A DNA stretch of 64,000 nt, taken from positions 1 to 64,000 of the forward strand of contig JBDHAB010000019.1 of assembly GCA_039588295.1 (NCBI GenBank), read 5' to 3'. The position numbers and the translations under genes were made by a program. The DNA comes from Gemmatimonadota bacterium (GTDB lineage: Bacteria; Gemmatimonadota; Gemmatimonadetes; Gemmatimonadales; GWC2-71-9). How positions within the stretch are numbered: the stretch's first letter is position 1; each line of letters begins with the position of its first letter. The notes beneath the pieces are model-generated. The model searched no databases, was not told the origin of the DNA, and saw nothing but the letters and a program-made list of their open reading frames with translations. Shown here piece by piece: positions 21,029 through 29,730 of the stretch.

Positions 21029-22384
21029 CTACTGCTCGTCCTTCGGGAGCACAATCAGGAGCTCCAACTGCGGGTCCGTGAGCTCCGCCGGGACGTACGC
21101 AGCCAGATTGCGCGCGAGCGTGATGCCGCGCCACTCCGACCCCGTCTTCTCCAGGGCGAAGTACTGATAGTCGAGCTTCACCGGCAAGGCGCTGGGCGGC
21201 TGTGGCACATGTGTCAGGACCACGCCGGGCAGAGCCTGCTTGATGAGATGCTGCACGCGGTCGGCCGCGCTCACCTTGACCAGTTGCGGGATCTTCTTGA
21301 GCGTGTCCACCGGGGCCGTGGAACTCACTGCGAGGTACAGTGCCGGAGCCCTCAGATACCGCTCGTCATCGAGAGCGGTCGCATACAGGGATTTCTCCAC
21401 CGAGCGCATGGGCAGGGAGACGTGGTACGCAGGGACAACGGTCTCCAGCAACTCACGAAGCTGCTCATCCAGGGCCGAGAAACATGCGGCGAGGTCCGAG
21501 TGATTGTAGGTCGGTAGGTCGCGCGGGTGCACACGCTGTGAAAACGTGGTCAACGCGCTGGCCAGGGACATCATGGCGGCATAGAGTTCCGCGGGGTGGC
21601 CGCGTCGGCTCTCCAACAGATGCCGCAGGTGGGGCACGTAGGTGTTGACCGTATAGAGCAGCCAGAAGTTGGCGACGTCCGTCACGCCAAACTGCGCCAG
21701 GCTCTGATTCTTCTGCCGCCGGGTGGCCGAAATCGTTGTGCTCTTGGCGGACAGCAGCTCGACCAACCGTCTGGTCAGCATCACGAGGTACTCGCTCGAG
21801 GAGAAGTCGATCAGGGGCGGCACAAAGTGCGCTTCGAGTTCGAAGCCCCCGGTTGCTATCCGGCGGAGCCGCGCTACGGGGAGCGCAGAGTTCCCCTCCA
21901 ACGACTCGCCTTCCACGAGCAGACGAAAGTTCTTTCGCGCGACTTGAATAGCCTTCTCGGCGAGCCCGCTGTTCTCGTCACGACGCATGAGAACGTCTGC
22001 CGAGTACCGTGTACTCCGATCGGTATGCGTTGACGAGACGTTTAATCCGCCGCGGCGGAACTCGGGAATGGCGAGGAAGACATCGAGCGTCTCTTGGTCC
22101 TGGTCCCAGCAGTCGTCCACTGGCCGCGGGCTGGGCGCCGTGTCCGCCTCAGGAATGTCGAAGAGCAGGCCATCCGGGAAGATGCCCGCCGCCGAGGTGA
22201 CCGAGCATACGCCTCCCGCCAGAGCTTCGTGATCCAGGGTGAGGCGGGCAAAGCCCCACGGGCAGAACGTCAGCGCGGAGAGTTGGAAATGGATCAGGTC
22301 CTCGAAGAATCGATCCTGCGCCTGCAAGTGCTGGGGCGTAAGAAGGACGCCTTTGGTCCACATGACCGGCTGGAGCTGCTGCAT
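21029..22384 (-). CDS. tssK: T6SS baseplate subunit TssK (copy 2)
   Basis: VMWTKGVLLTPQHLQAQD, GIFPDG, YNHSDLAACF, ALPGVVLTHVPQPPSALP. Confidence 0.93.
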   Translation of the reverse strand: MQQLQPVMWTKGVLLTPQHLQAQDRFFEDLIHFQLSALTFCPWGFARLTLDHEALAGGVCSVTSAAGIFPDGLLFDIPEADTAPSPRPVDDCWDQDQETLDVFLAIPEFRRGGLNVSSTHTDRSTRYSADVLMRRDENSGLAEKAIQVARKNFRLLVEGESLEGNSALPVARLRRIATGGFELEAHFVPPLIDFSSSEYLVMLTRRLVELLSAKSTTISATRRQKNQSLAQFGVTDVANFWLLYTVNTYVPHLRHLLESRRGHPAELYAAMMSLASALTTFSQRVHPRDLPTYNHSDLAACFSALDEQLRELLETVVPAYHVSLPMRSVEKSLYATALDDERYLRAPALYLAVSSTAPVDTLKKIPQLVKVSAADRVQHLIKQALPGVVLTHVPQPPSALPVKLDYQYFALEKTGSEWRGITLARNLAAYVPAELTDPQLELLIVLPKDEQ

Positions 22385-22489
22385 GGTTCGGTAACCTAGT
22401 GCCGCATCATCCACTGTCCAGGCCTGCCGGGCGCGGAGGCGTTTCGGGTCTGGCGCTCCGCTGGTTTAGGCGGCAGTTTACTCTATGGT

Positions 22490-24019
22490 ATGACGCGCGG
22501 TAAGCGGTACGACGTGCACCTCCACGCGGGCGACGAGTCCGTGCAGTCGGGGGTCGCTCGCGAAGCTCCGTTGCCCGATGGCCCACGCCAGATCGCCTTG
22601 CTTGGAGACTTCAGCGGTCGTGAGAACCGTGGTGCAACGGACCGCGGGGGGAATCTCGGCGCTCGCACACCGGTGCGGGTCGACCGGGACAACCTTGACG
22701 ACGTGCTTGCCCGCTGCGCACCGGAGCTGCGGCTCTCCCTGGAAGCCGAAGACGGTCCCACGGTTTCCCTGTGCTTCTCCTCTCTGGACGATTTCCACCC
22801 CGATGCGCTCTACCATGGTCTTGACGTGCTGCAGCCGCTCCGGCAGTTGCGTGACCAATTGGCCGATCCTCGGAACGTGGCTTCCCAGAGACCGCCCGAG
22901 GCACCTGAGGATCCTGACAAGGGCTCACCGGCGCACCTCGATGGCGTCCAGGATCTGCTAGGCAAGGTGATCGACCAGACGGCGTTGCCGCTCGCGGGAA
23001 GCGGTGCCGCCGGCTCCGACGACTTGCAGGCGTTCGTGCGCCGAGTGGTGGCACCGCATCTCGTGCCGGAGTCCAGCGACCAGCAACGGGAGCAGGTTGC
23101 CCGAGTGGACGCGGCGATCGAGGGACTGCTCCGCGAAGTACTGCACCACCCGGACTTTCAGGCGCTCGAATCGCTGTGGCGGTCGGTAGATTTCCTCGTG
23201 CGCCGCGTGGAGACCGATGCGCAGCTGCGGTTGTTCCTGATCGACGTAACGCAGTCCGAAGTCGCGGCTGACCTCGCCTCGGGCACGCCCGTGCAAGACA
23301 GTTCTCTGTGCCGGCTGCTCGTGGAGTCCACGGTCGGGACCCCGGGCGCGGAGCCCTGGGCCGTGATCGCGAGTGGCTACGTGTTCGGGCCGGACGCCGC
23401 GGATCTCGAACTGTTGGGGCGCCTGGCAACACTCGCGCGGATGGCTGGTGCGCCGTGGCTCGCCGCTGCCGACCCCCGCATCGCAGGTTGTCCATCGGTC
23501 GAAACGTGTCCGGATCCCCGTGACTGGGTGACCGAGCCGATTCCTCATTGGAGCGCCGTGCGACGCAGTCCGGAGGCGGAGTGGTTGGGTCTCGCGCTGC
23601 CGCGGATCCTGTTGCGGGTTCCCTACAGTCCGGACACCGAGCCGTGCCAGGCGCTGGCATTTTGGGAGATGCCGGAGTCACCGGTGCACGAAGCGTATCT
23701 CTGGGGCAATCCGGCGTTCGCCTGCGCCGGCCTGATCGCTCGATCGTTTGCGCCGTCCGGGTCCGGGCCGCAGCAGCCGGCTGGCCTCGAGATCGGTGCG
23801 CTTCCACTGCACATCTATCACCAGGGTGGGGAAGCTCGGGTGCAGCCGTGTGCGGAGGCGCTGCTCACCGAGCGCGCGGCGGTGCAGCTTCTGGACGCTG
23901 GGCTGATGCCGTTCGTGTCCCTCAAGGACCGTGACGTGGTGCGGCTGCTGCGTATCCAGTCTGTCGCCGAGCCCGCAGCCCCGCTGGCGGGCCCGTGGAA
24001 CCCCCGCCGAGGCGCTTGA
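22490..24019 (+). CDS. Single-chain TssB-TssC-like sheath protein lacking the TssC C-terminal domain
   Basis: TssB-like LLGDFSG, VDRDNLDDVL, FSSLDDFHPD; TssC-like VLHHPDFQALESLWR, LALPRILLRVPY, YLWGNPAF; ends shortly after VRLLRIQSV. Confidence 0.85.
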   Translation: MTRGKRYDVHLHAGDESVQSGVAREAPLPDGPRQIALLGDFSGRENRGATDRGGNLGARTPVRVDRDNLDDVLARCAPELRLSLEAEDGPTVSLCFSSLDDFHPDALYHGLDVLQPLRQLRDQLADPRNVASQRPPEAPEDPDKGSPAHLDGVQDLLGKVIDQTALPLAGSGAAGSDDLQAFVRRVVAPHLVPESSDQQREQVARVDAAIEGLLREVLHHPDFQALESLWRSVDFLVRRVETDAQLRLFLIDVTQSEVAADLASGTPVQDSSLCRLLVESTVGTPGAEPWAVIASGYVFGPDAADLELLGRLATLARMAGAPWLAAADPRIAGCPSVETCPDPRDWVTEPIPHWSAVRRSPEAEWLGLALPRILLRVPYSPDTEPCQALAFWEMPESPVHEAYLWGNPAFACAGLIARSFAPSGSGPQQPAGLEIGALPLHIYHQGGEARVQPCAEALLTERAAVQLLDAGLMPFVSLKDRDVVRLLRIQSVAEPAAPLAGPWNPRRGA

Positions 24020-24045
24020 CAGGTGCCATCGATGGGGCGTATTAG
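24016..24045 (+). promoter_or_regulatory. Candidate sigma70 promoter for tssB
   Basis: Perfect TTGACA (24016-24021), 18-nt spacer containing the palindrome CCATCGATGG, weak -10 TATTAG; GAGGAG RBS before ATG 24080. Confidence 0.4.
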
Positions 24046-24079
24046 GTAACAGAGAAGAATCATTTTAGAGGAGCAGCCA

Positions 24080-24625
24080 ATGCCGAAGGAAAGCGTTCAC
24101 AAAAAGCTAGAGCGCGTCCGTCCGCCCCGGGTGAACATCGCGTACGAAGTGGAGGTGGGTGGCGCCATCGAGACGAAACAGTTGCCCTTCGTCATGGGCG
24201 TGCTGGGAGACTTCACCGGTCAGCCGACGGAACCGCTCGCGAAGCTCAAGGACCGGAAGTTCGTCGATGTGACGCTCGACAACTTCGACGATGTTTTGCA
24301 GCGCATGCAGCCGCATCTGAGTCTGTCGGTGGAGAACAAGCTGAGTGATGACCCCAACGCGGGGAAGATCGGCGTGGACCTCTCGTTTGAGAGCCTTGAC
24401 GACTTCCAACCCGACAAGGTCGCCCAACGGGTCGAGCCGCTCAAGAAGCTACTCGACCTTCGGACGCAGCTCGCGGATCTCCGCGGGAAGCTCCAGGGCA
24501 ACGACAAGTTGGAGGAGATCCTGCAATCGACGCTCGGGGATGAAGAGAAGCGCAAGCAGTTGCAGGCTGAGCTAGACGCGCAACAGGGTGACAAGGAAGG
24601 CCCCGAGGGAGGAAAGGATGCCTAA
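24080..24625 (+). CDS. tssB: T6SS contractile sheath small subunit
   Basis: RVRPPRVNIAYEVE, LPFVMGVLGDFTG, FESLDDFQPD. Confidence 0.97.
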   Translation: MPKESVHKKLERVRPPRVNIAYEVEVGGAIETKQLPFVMGVLGDFTGQPTEPLAKLKDRKFVDVTLDNFDDVLQRMQPHLSLSVENKLSDDPNAGKIGVDLSFESLDDFQPDKVAQRVEPLKKLLDLRTQLADLRGKLQGNDKLEEILQSTLGDEEKRKQLQAELDAQQGDKEGPEGGKDA

Positions 24626-26102
24626 GAAACAGGAGCAGCAGGCGGCCGCCTCCGCCGAGAGCACCGAGGTCAGTCTGCTCGACCAGATCGTGCAACAGGG
24701 TCGCTTCGGCAAGCAAGCGGCCGCGCGCGAGCGTGGCAAGGACATGGTCAAGCAGTTCGTCTCGGAGGTCCTCGAGGGGACGATCACGATGGCGGCCGAC
24801 ACCGAGGCGATGCTCAACGCCCGGATCGCAGAGATCGACCAAGTCGTCTCTCGGCAGCTGAATGCGGTCATGCACGCGCCCGAGTTCCAGAAGCTCGAGG
24901 GGACATGGAAGGGGTTGCACTACCTCCTGTCTCAGAGCGAGACGAGCGACATGCTCAAGATCAAGCTCATGAACGTCACCAAGAAGGAGCTGCTGGACGA
25001 TCTGCGACGCGCACCGGAGTTCGATCAGAGCGCGCTGTTCAAGAAGGTGTACGAGGAGGAGTACGGCATCTTCGGAGGCTCACCGTTCGCAGCGCTGGTC
25101 GGAGACTACGAGTTCCGCAAGACCGGGCAAGACATGGAGTTACTGGAGAAGGTGGCCCAGGTCTCGGCGGCTGCCCATGCGCCGTTCATCTCCGGCACGT
25201 CGCACGAAATGTTCGGCCTGGAGAGTTTCACCGGCCTGGACGCGCCGCGTGATCTCGCCAAGGTGTTCGACAGCTCCGAGTATGCGAAGTGGAAAGCCTT
25301 CCGCGAGAGCGAGGACTCGCGCTACGTGGCGCTGACGGCGCCGCGGATGCTGCTGCGAGAACCGTACGGGAGCGAGACGGTGCCGATCGAGGCATTCCAG
25401 TACGAGGAACAGGTCGACGGATCGGATCACGACCAGTATCTGTGGGGGAATGCGGCATGGGCGCTGGCCTCACGGGTGAGCCAGGCATTTGCGAGCTATG
25501 GCTGGTGTGCCACGATTCGCGGTGTCGAGAGCGGCGGACTCGTCGACGGGCTGCCGGTGCACACATTCACGACGGACGCCGGCGACGTCGCGATGAAATG
25601 TCCGACGGAGACGCCCATCACGGATCGTCGTGAGAAGGAGCTTGCGGACCTCGGGTTCGCGCCGCTGGTGCACTGCAAGGGCACGCCCAACGCCTGTTTC
25701 TTCAGCGTGCAGTCGACGCAGAAACCCAAGGTGTTCCAGTCAGACGCGGCGACGGCCAATGCCCGGATCTCCGCGCAACTGCCGTACATCTTCGCCGTGT
25801 CCCGCTTCGCGCACTATCTCAAGGCTATGATGCGTGACAAGATCGGCGGTTACATGTCCAGGGACGAGGCGGAGAGCTTCCTCAGTCACTGGATCTCGAA
25901 CTACGTGGTCTCGAATGACGATGCACCGTTGGGAGTCAAGGCCAAGCGTCCGCTGCGCGAGGCCCGCATCGAGGTGCAGGACGTTCCGGGGAAGCCTGGC
26001 GCGTATCGCGCCGTCGCCTACCTGCGCCCGCACTTCCAGTTGGATGAGATCAACGTGTCAATGCGTTTGGTGGCAGACCTACCGGCGCCGGCGCAAGCGT
26101 AG
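24618..26102 (+). CDS. tssC: T6SS contractile sheath large subunit
   Basis: FQKLEGTWKGL, FDQSALFKKVYEEEYG, AAHAPF, YLWGNAAW, RFAHYLKAMMRDKIG, LRPHFQL. Confidence 0.97.
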   Translation: MPKKQEQQAAASAESTEVSLLDQIVQQGRFGKQAAARERGKDMVKQFVSEVLEGTITMAADTEAMLNARIAEIDQVVSRQLNAVMHAPEFQKLEGTWKGLHYLLSQSETSDMLKIKLMNVTKKELLDDLRRAPEFDQSALFKKVYEEEYGIFGGSPFAALVGDYEFRKTGQDMELLEKVAQVSAAAHAPFISGTSHEMFGLESFTGLDAPRDLAKVFDSSEYAKWKAFRESEDSRYVALTAPRMLLREPYGSETVPIEAFQYEEQVDGSDHDQYLWGNAAWALASRVSQAFASYGWCATIRGVESGGLVDGLPVHTFTTDAGDVAMKCPTETPITDRREKELADLGFAPLVHCKGTPNACFFSVQSTQKPKVFQSDAATANARISAQLPYIFAVSRFAHYLKAMMRDKIGGYMSRDEAESFLSHWISNYVVSNDDAPLGVKAKRPLREARIEVQDVPGKPGAYRAVAYLRPHFQLDEINVSMRLVADLPAPAQA

Positions 26103-26166
26103 AGCAACTGGTGCGTGCTGAGGAGGGCTCGGCGCGCACGGGACTTCGACGAGCAAGGAGGATCCA

Positions 26167-26658
26167 ATGGCGTTCGACGCGTACCTAAAAATCGATGGAG
26201 TCGAGGGCGAAGCGACGGATGAGGTACACAAGGGGGAAATCAACCTGCTCAGCTTCGATTTTGGAGCCACGCAACCCAGCTCGGCATCGATAGGGGGAGG
26301 ATCTGGGACTGGGAAGGTTAACATCCAGGACTTCGTGGTCAATAAGTATACCGACAAATCCAGCGCCCCAGTGTTTCAGGCCTGCTGTTCCGGGAAGCAT
26401 TTCCCGGAGGTCACCGTCACCCTGTGCAAAGCCGGTGGCGAGACCCGCCTGGATTTTCTCAAGTACAAGTTCAATGATGTGATGGTCACGAGTGTCCAAT
26501 GGGGCGGGGGCGCAGGCGGAGAAGAGAAGCCGACGGAGACCATGTCCTTCGCGTTCGGCAAGGTCGTGGTGGAGTATGTTGAGCAGACGGCGAAGGGCTC
26601 TCCGGGCGGCACGTATAGCGCGGGATGGGACCTGATTGCCAATTCCCCCGTCAAATGA
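26167..26658 (+). CDS. hcp: T6SS tube protein Hcp/TssD
   Basis: AYLKIDGVEGEATDEVHKGEI, KYTDKSS, GKHF, AGWDL. Confidence 0.96.
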   Translation: MAFDAYLKIDGVEGEATDEVHKGEINLLSFDFGATQPSSASIGGGSGTGKVNIQDFVVNKYTDKSSAPVFQACCSGKHFPEVTVTLCKAGGETRLDFLKYKFNDVMVTSVQWGGGAGGEEKPTETMSFAFGKVVVEYVEQTAKGSPGGTYSAGWDLIANSPVK

Positions 26659-26703
26659 AGCGGCCCGGGGAGGCCTTGAGGGTCTAGCGCGCCGACGACA
26701 CTT

Positions 26704-27420
26704 GTGAACGCCGAGGCGCTATTCCGCGAGGGCAGGCTCGACGAGGCAGTCGAGGCGCTTGGGACCGAGTTGCGGGACAACCCCACGAACGCCCAACTGC
26801 GGACGTTCTTGTTCGAGCTGCTGTGTTTTGCCGGCAACCACGAACGGGCGGAGAAGCAGCTCGACGTCGTAGCATCAGCCGGCCAGGGAGCCGCGATGGG
26901 CGCGCTCCTCTATCGGAGCGCGCTCCATGCGGACCGTATCCGCCAGGAGATGTTCCTCGACGGCAGGTACCCCCAGACCGAGGCGCCGGGCGCGGTTTCC
27001 GGCACGCTGAACGGAAAGCCGTTCGACTCCCTCGCCGATGCGGATCCACGCATCGGCGCGCGGCTCGAGGTCTTCGCAGCCGGCGAGTATATGTGGCTCC
27101 CTCTCGCACACATCGCGACGGTCCGTGCGTCCCCTCCAAAGCGCCTCCGCGACCTGCTCTGGATTCCGGCAGTGGTGCGCACCGGCCCGGGATTCAGCGA
27201 GCTCGAGCTGGGTGAGGTGATGCTCCCGGCCATGGCACCCCTCTCGTGGCAACATCCTGATGATCGGGTGCGACTTGGGCGTGTGAGCGAGTGGACGACG
27301 CTCAAGGGGGGCGGAGAGGCTCCGGCCGGGCAGAAGCTCCTGCTCGTCGACGGCGAAGAGCTCCCCATCCTCGAGCTGCGCGAACTCGATATCGCTTCCG
27401 CGTCCAGCCCGGCTGGGTAG
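26704..27420 (+). CDS. tagJ: T6SS accessory protein TagJ/ImpE
   Basis: RTFLFELLCFAGNHERAEKQL, ADADPRIGARLEV, LRDLLWIPA, RLGRVSEW, GQKLL. Confidence 0.92.
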   Translation: MNAEALFREGRLDEAVEALGTELRDNPTNAQLRTFLFELLCFAGNHERAEKQLDVVASAGQGAAMGALLYRSALHADRIRQEMFLDGRYPQTEAPGAVSGTLNGKPFDSLADADPRIGARLEVFAAGEYMWLPLAHIATVRASPPKRLRDLLWIPAVVRTGPGFSELELGEVMLPAMAPLSWQHPDDRVRLGRVSEWTTLKGGGEAPAGQKLLLVDGEELPILELRELDIASASSPAG

Positions 27421-27425
27421 GCCCC

Positions 27426-29279
27426 ATGCCGGTGCCAGAGGAGCTGCTCAAGCCCATCGAAGGGGCCAACCCCTGCGGTGCCAACCTCCGCTACGAACCC
27501 GCATACGACGAGATCAAGGAGGCGCGCCGCGAGCAGGAGGGCGTCCCCGAGTGGGACATCCGGCCGAAACCACCGGATTGGCCCAAGGTCATCGACTTGG
27601 CCAGCGACATGCTCGCATCCAAGTCGAAAGACCTCCAGCTTGCCGCGTGGCTCACCGAAGCGTGGCTTCGACGCGACGGCTTCGGAGGCCTCAAGGATGG
27701 GCTCGAACTGCTGCGAGGACTGACCGAGCGCTTCTGGGATAACCTCTATCCCGAATTGGAGGACGGCGACGCACAGTTCCGCGCCGGCCCCTTACAGTGG
27801 GTGGGTGACTACCTGGTAGACGGGGTCCTGGCAGGCCCATTGAACAAGGTCGGTCACGGATTCCTCGAGTACAAGGAGGCGCGTGCCCTCGGCTCTGAGA
27901 CCGATGCGGAAGGCGATAGCGCGAGGCAAGCCGCGCGCGCAGCCGCCATCGAGGAAGGGAAGCTCACGCTGGAGGAGTTCGACCGGGTCTTCGAGGAGAC
28001 GCCGAAAGCATGGTACAAGGTGCTCGTTGCCAACCTCGCAGGGTCTGTCGAGTCCTTGCGAGCACTCGAGGCCCTTGGGGACGAGCGGTTCGGCGAGGCA
28101 GCTCCGAGCTACATGAAGCTGCGTGGTGCGCTGGAAGACGTGCAGCGCGTTGCCGACGGCTTCCTCGCGCAGAAGCTCGAGGCTGATCCGGATCCTCCCG
28201 AAAGCACGATCAGTGCGGACGCCACCACGGCGCTGGGTGCGGCGGGTGGCGGGGTGGAAGGACAACCGGTCGAGCCCACAAGTGCCGAGGATGCCGCCAC
28301 TCGGATCGCAGCCGCCGCAGGGTACTTGCAGCGATTAGATCCGCGAAACCCCGCGTCGTACCTCATGTTGCGGGGATTCCGCTGGGGTGAGATTCGCGCG
28401 ACCGGGAGCCGGCTGGATCCCCGACAGTTGGCAGCCCCGCCCACGAATGTGAGGACGCGACTGAAGGGCCTGCTCCTCGACGCGAAGTGGGCGGAACTGC
28501 TCGCTGCGTCGGAAAATGTCATGGCGACGCCGTTCGGCCGGGGGTGGCTCGACCTGCAGCGATACGTGCTGACCGCATGCGAGCGCCTCGGGAGCGAGTA
28601 TGACCACGTTGCAGCGGCAATCCGGGGCGCCCTGGCCGCGTTGCTCCGCGACGTTCCGCAGCTGCTGGACCTCACACTGATGGACGATACGCCGACGGCG
28701 AACGCGGAGACACGTGAATGGTTGGGCGCGCAGGCGTTGGCCGACCTTGCGCCGCCCGCCGAAGTGACTGAAGCTCCCCGAGGGGCGCGGCACAGCATGG
28801 GTGTGGCCGCCCCAGCACTCGACCTCGCCTTCGAACGGGCGCTCCAGGAAATGCGAGAGGGCCGTCCTCAGAGTGGAATCGAGCTGCTCATGCGCGAGGT
28901 GGAACGGGAGAAGACCACCCGTGCGCGGTTCCTCCGGCGCGCCCAGGTGACGGGCATCATGGTAGATGCGGGACTGGAGTCTGTGGCGCTCCCGATCCTC
29001 AGGGAGTTACAGGAACAGATCGAGGGTCACCGCCTCGAGGAATGGGAAGCTGGAGAAGTGGTAGCCAAGCCGATGGGGCTGCTGTACCGCTGTCTGACCA
29101 TGTTGGAAGGTGAGTCAGCCGACACGCAGGAACTCTATCGCCGAGTCTGCCGACTGGATCCCCTGCTCGCTATGGGATTCTCCGGCGGCCAGGACCAGTC
29201 TCAGCAAAGTGCGAACTCGAGTGCCGAAGCAGCGACCGAGGCCCCCAGTGGAACCGACGACACAACTCTCGGTCCTTGA
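27426..29279 (+). CDS. tssA: T6SS protein TssA (ImpA_N plus VasJ-like C-terminus)
   Basis: LLKPIEGANPCGANLRYEPAYDEIKEARR, SKDLQLAAWL, FWDNLYP, GRGWLDLQR, LEEWE. Confidence 0.93.
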   Translation: MPVPEELLKPIEGANPCGANLRYEPAYDEIKEARREQEGVPEWDIRPKPPDWPKVIDLASDMLASKSKDLQLAAWLTEAWLRRDGFGGLKDGLELLRGLTERFWDNLYPELEDGDAQFRAGPLQWVGDYLVDGVLAGPLNKVGHGFLEYKEARALGSETDAEGDSARQAARAAAIEEGKLTLEEFDRVFEETPKAWYKVLVANLAGSVESLRALEALGDERFGEAAPSYMKLRGALEDVQRVADGFLAQKLEADPDPPESTISADATTALGAAGGGVEGQPVEPTSAEDAATRIAAAAGYLQRLDPRNPASYLMLRGFRWGEIRATGSRLDPRQLAAPPTNVRTRLKGLLLDAKWAELLAASENVMATPFGRGWLDLQRYVLTACERLGSEYDHVAAAIRGALAALLRDVPQLLDLTLMDDTPTANAETREWLGAQALADLAPPAEVTEAPRGARHSMGVAAPALDLAFERALQEMREGRPQSGIELLMREVEREKTTRARFLRRAQVTGIMVDAGLESVALPILRELQEQIEGHRLEEWEAGEVVAKPMGLLYRCLTMLEGESADTQELYRRVCRLDPLLAMGFSGGQDQSQQSANSSAEAATEAPSGTDDTTLGP

Positions 29280-29730
29280 CCGACTGATCGACTACGATCC
29301 ACGCAGCCAGGCGGAGCGGCAGCTCACCTGGGCGCAGTCGGTTCAGGTCGTGAAGACGGCGGTCCAACGGGACCTCGAGTGGTTGCTCAACACCCGGCGG
29401 GTGGTTCCGCCGGCTCCCGACGAATTCCCGGAGCTTGGCCGCTCACTATATCATTTCGGTCTTCCGGACATCAGTTCCATGAGCGCCGATTCTCCCGATG
29501 TGGCGGTCCAGCTGCGACGTCACGTGGAGGAAGTCGTGGAGCTGTTCGAGCCGCGGCTTTCCGACATCCGCGTCACCACCAGTGAAGCTGAGGACCTCGG
29601 AGGACGCCGGCTCCGATTCGTGATCGACGCGCTGTTGCGGATGGAGCCGAGCCCTGAGCAGGTGCAATTCGACACCGTGCTCGAGGTGTCGAGCGGCAAG
29701 TTCCAGGTGAGGGGAGACGGGAGTGCGTGA
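29221..29730 (+). CDS. tssE: T6SS baseplate subunit TssE (gp25-like)
   Basis: SVLDRLID, RDLEWLLNTRR, FGLPD, FEPRL. Start uncertain (GTG 29221 or 29248). Confidence 0.92.
   Translation: MPKQRPRPPVEPTTQLSVLDRLIDYDPRSQAERQLTWAQSVQVVKTAVQRDLEWLLNTRRVVPPAPDEFPELGRSLYHFGLPDISSMSADSPDVAVQLRRHVEEVVELFEPRLSDIRVTTSEAEDLGGRRLRFVIDALLRMEPSPEQVQFDTVLEVSSGKFQVRGDGSA

Noticed and set aside
27291..27425. N-terminal extension of TssA overlapping tagJ
   Set aside because: The ImpA_N motif begins right after ATG 27426; the upstream GTG lies inside tagJ.
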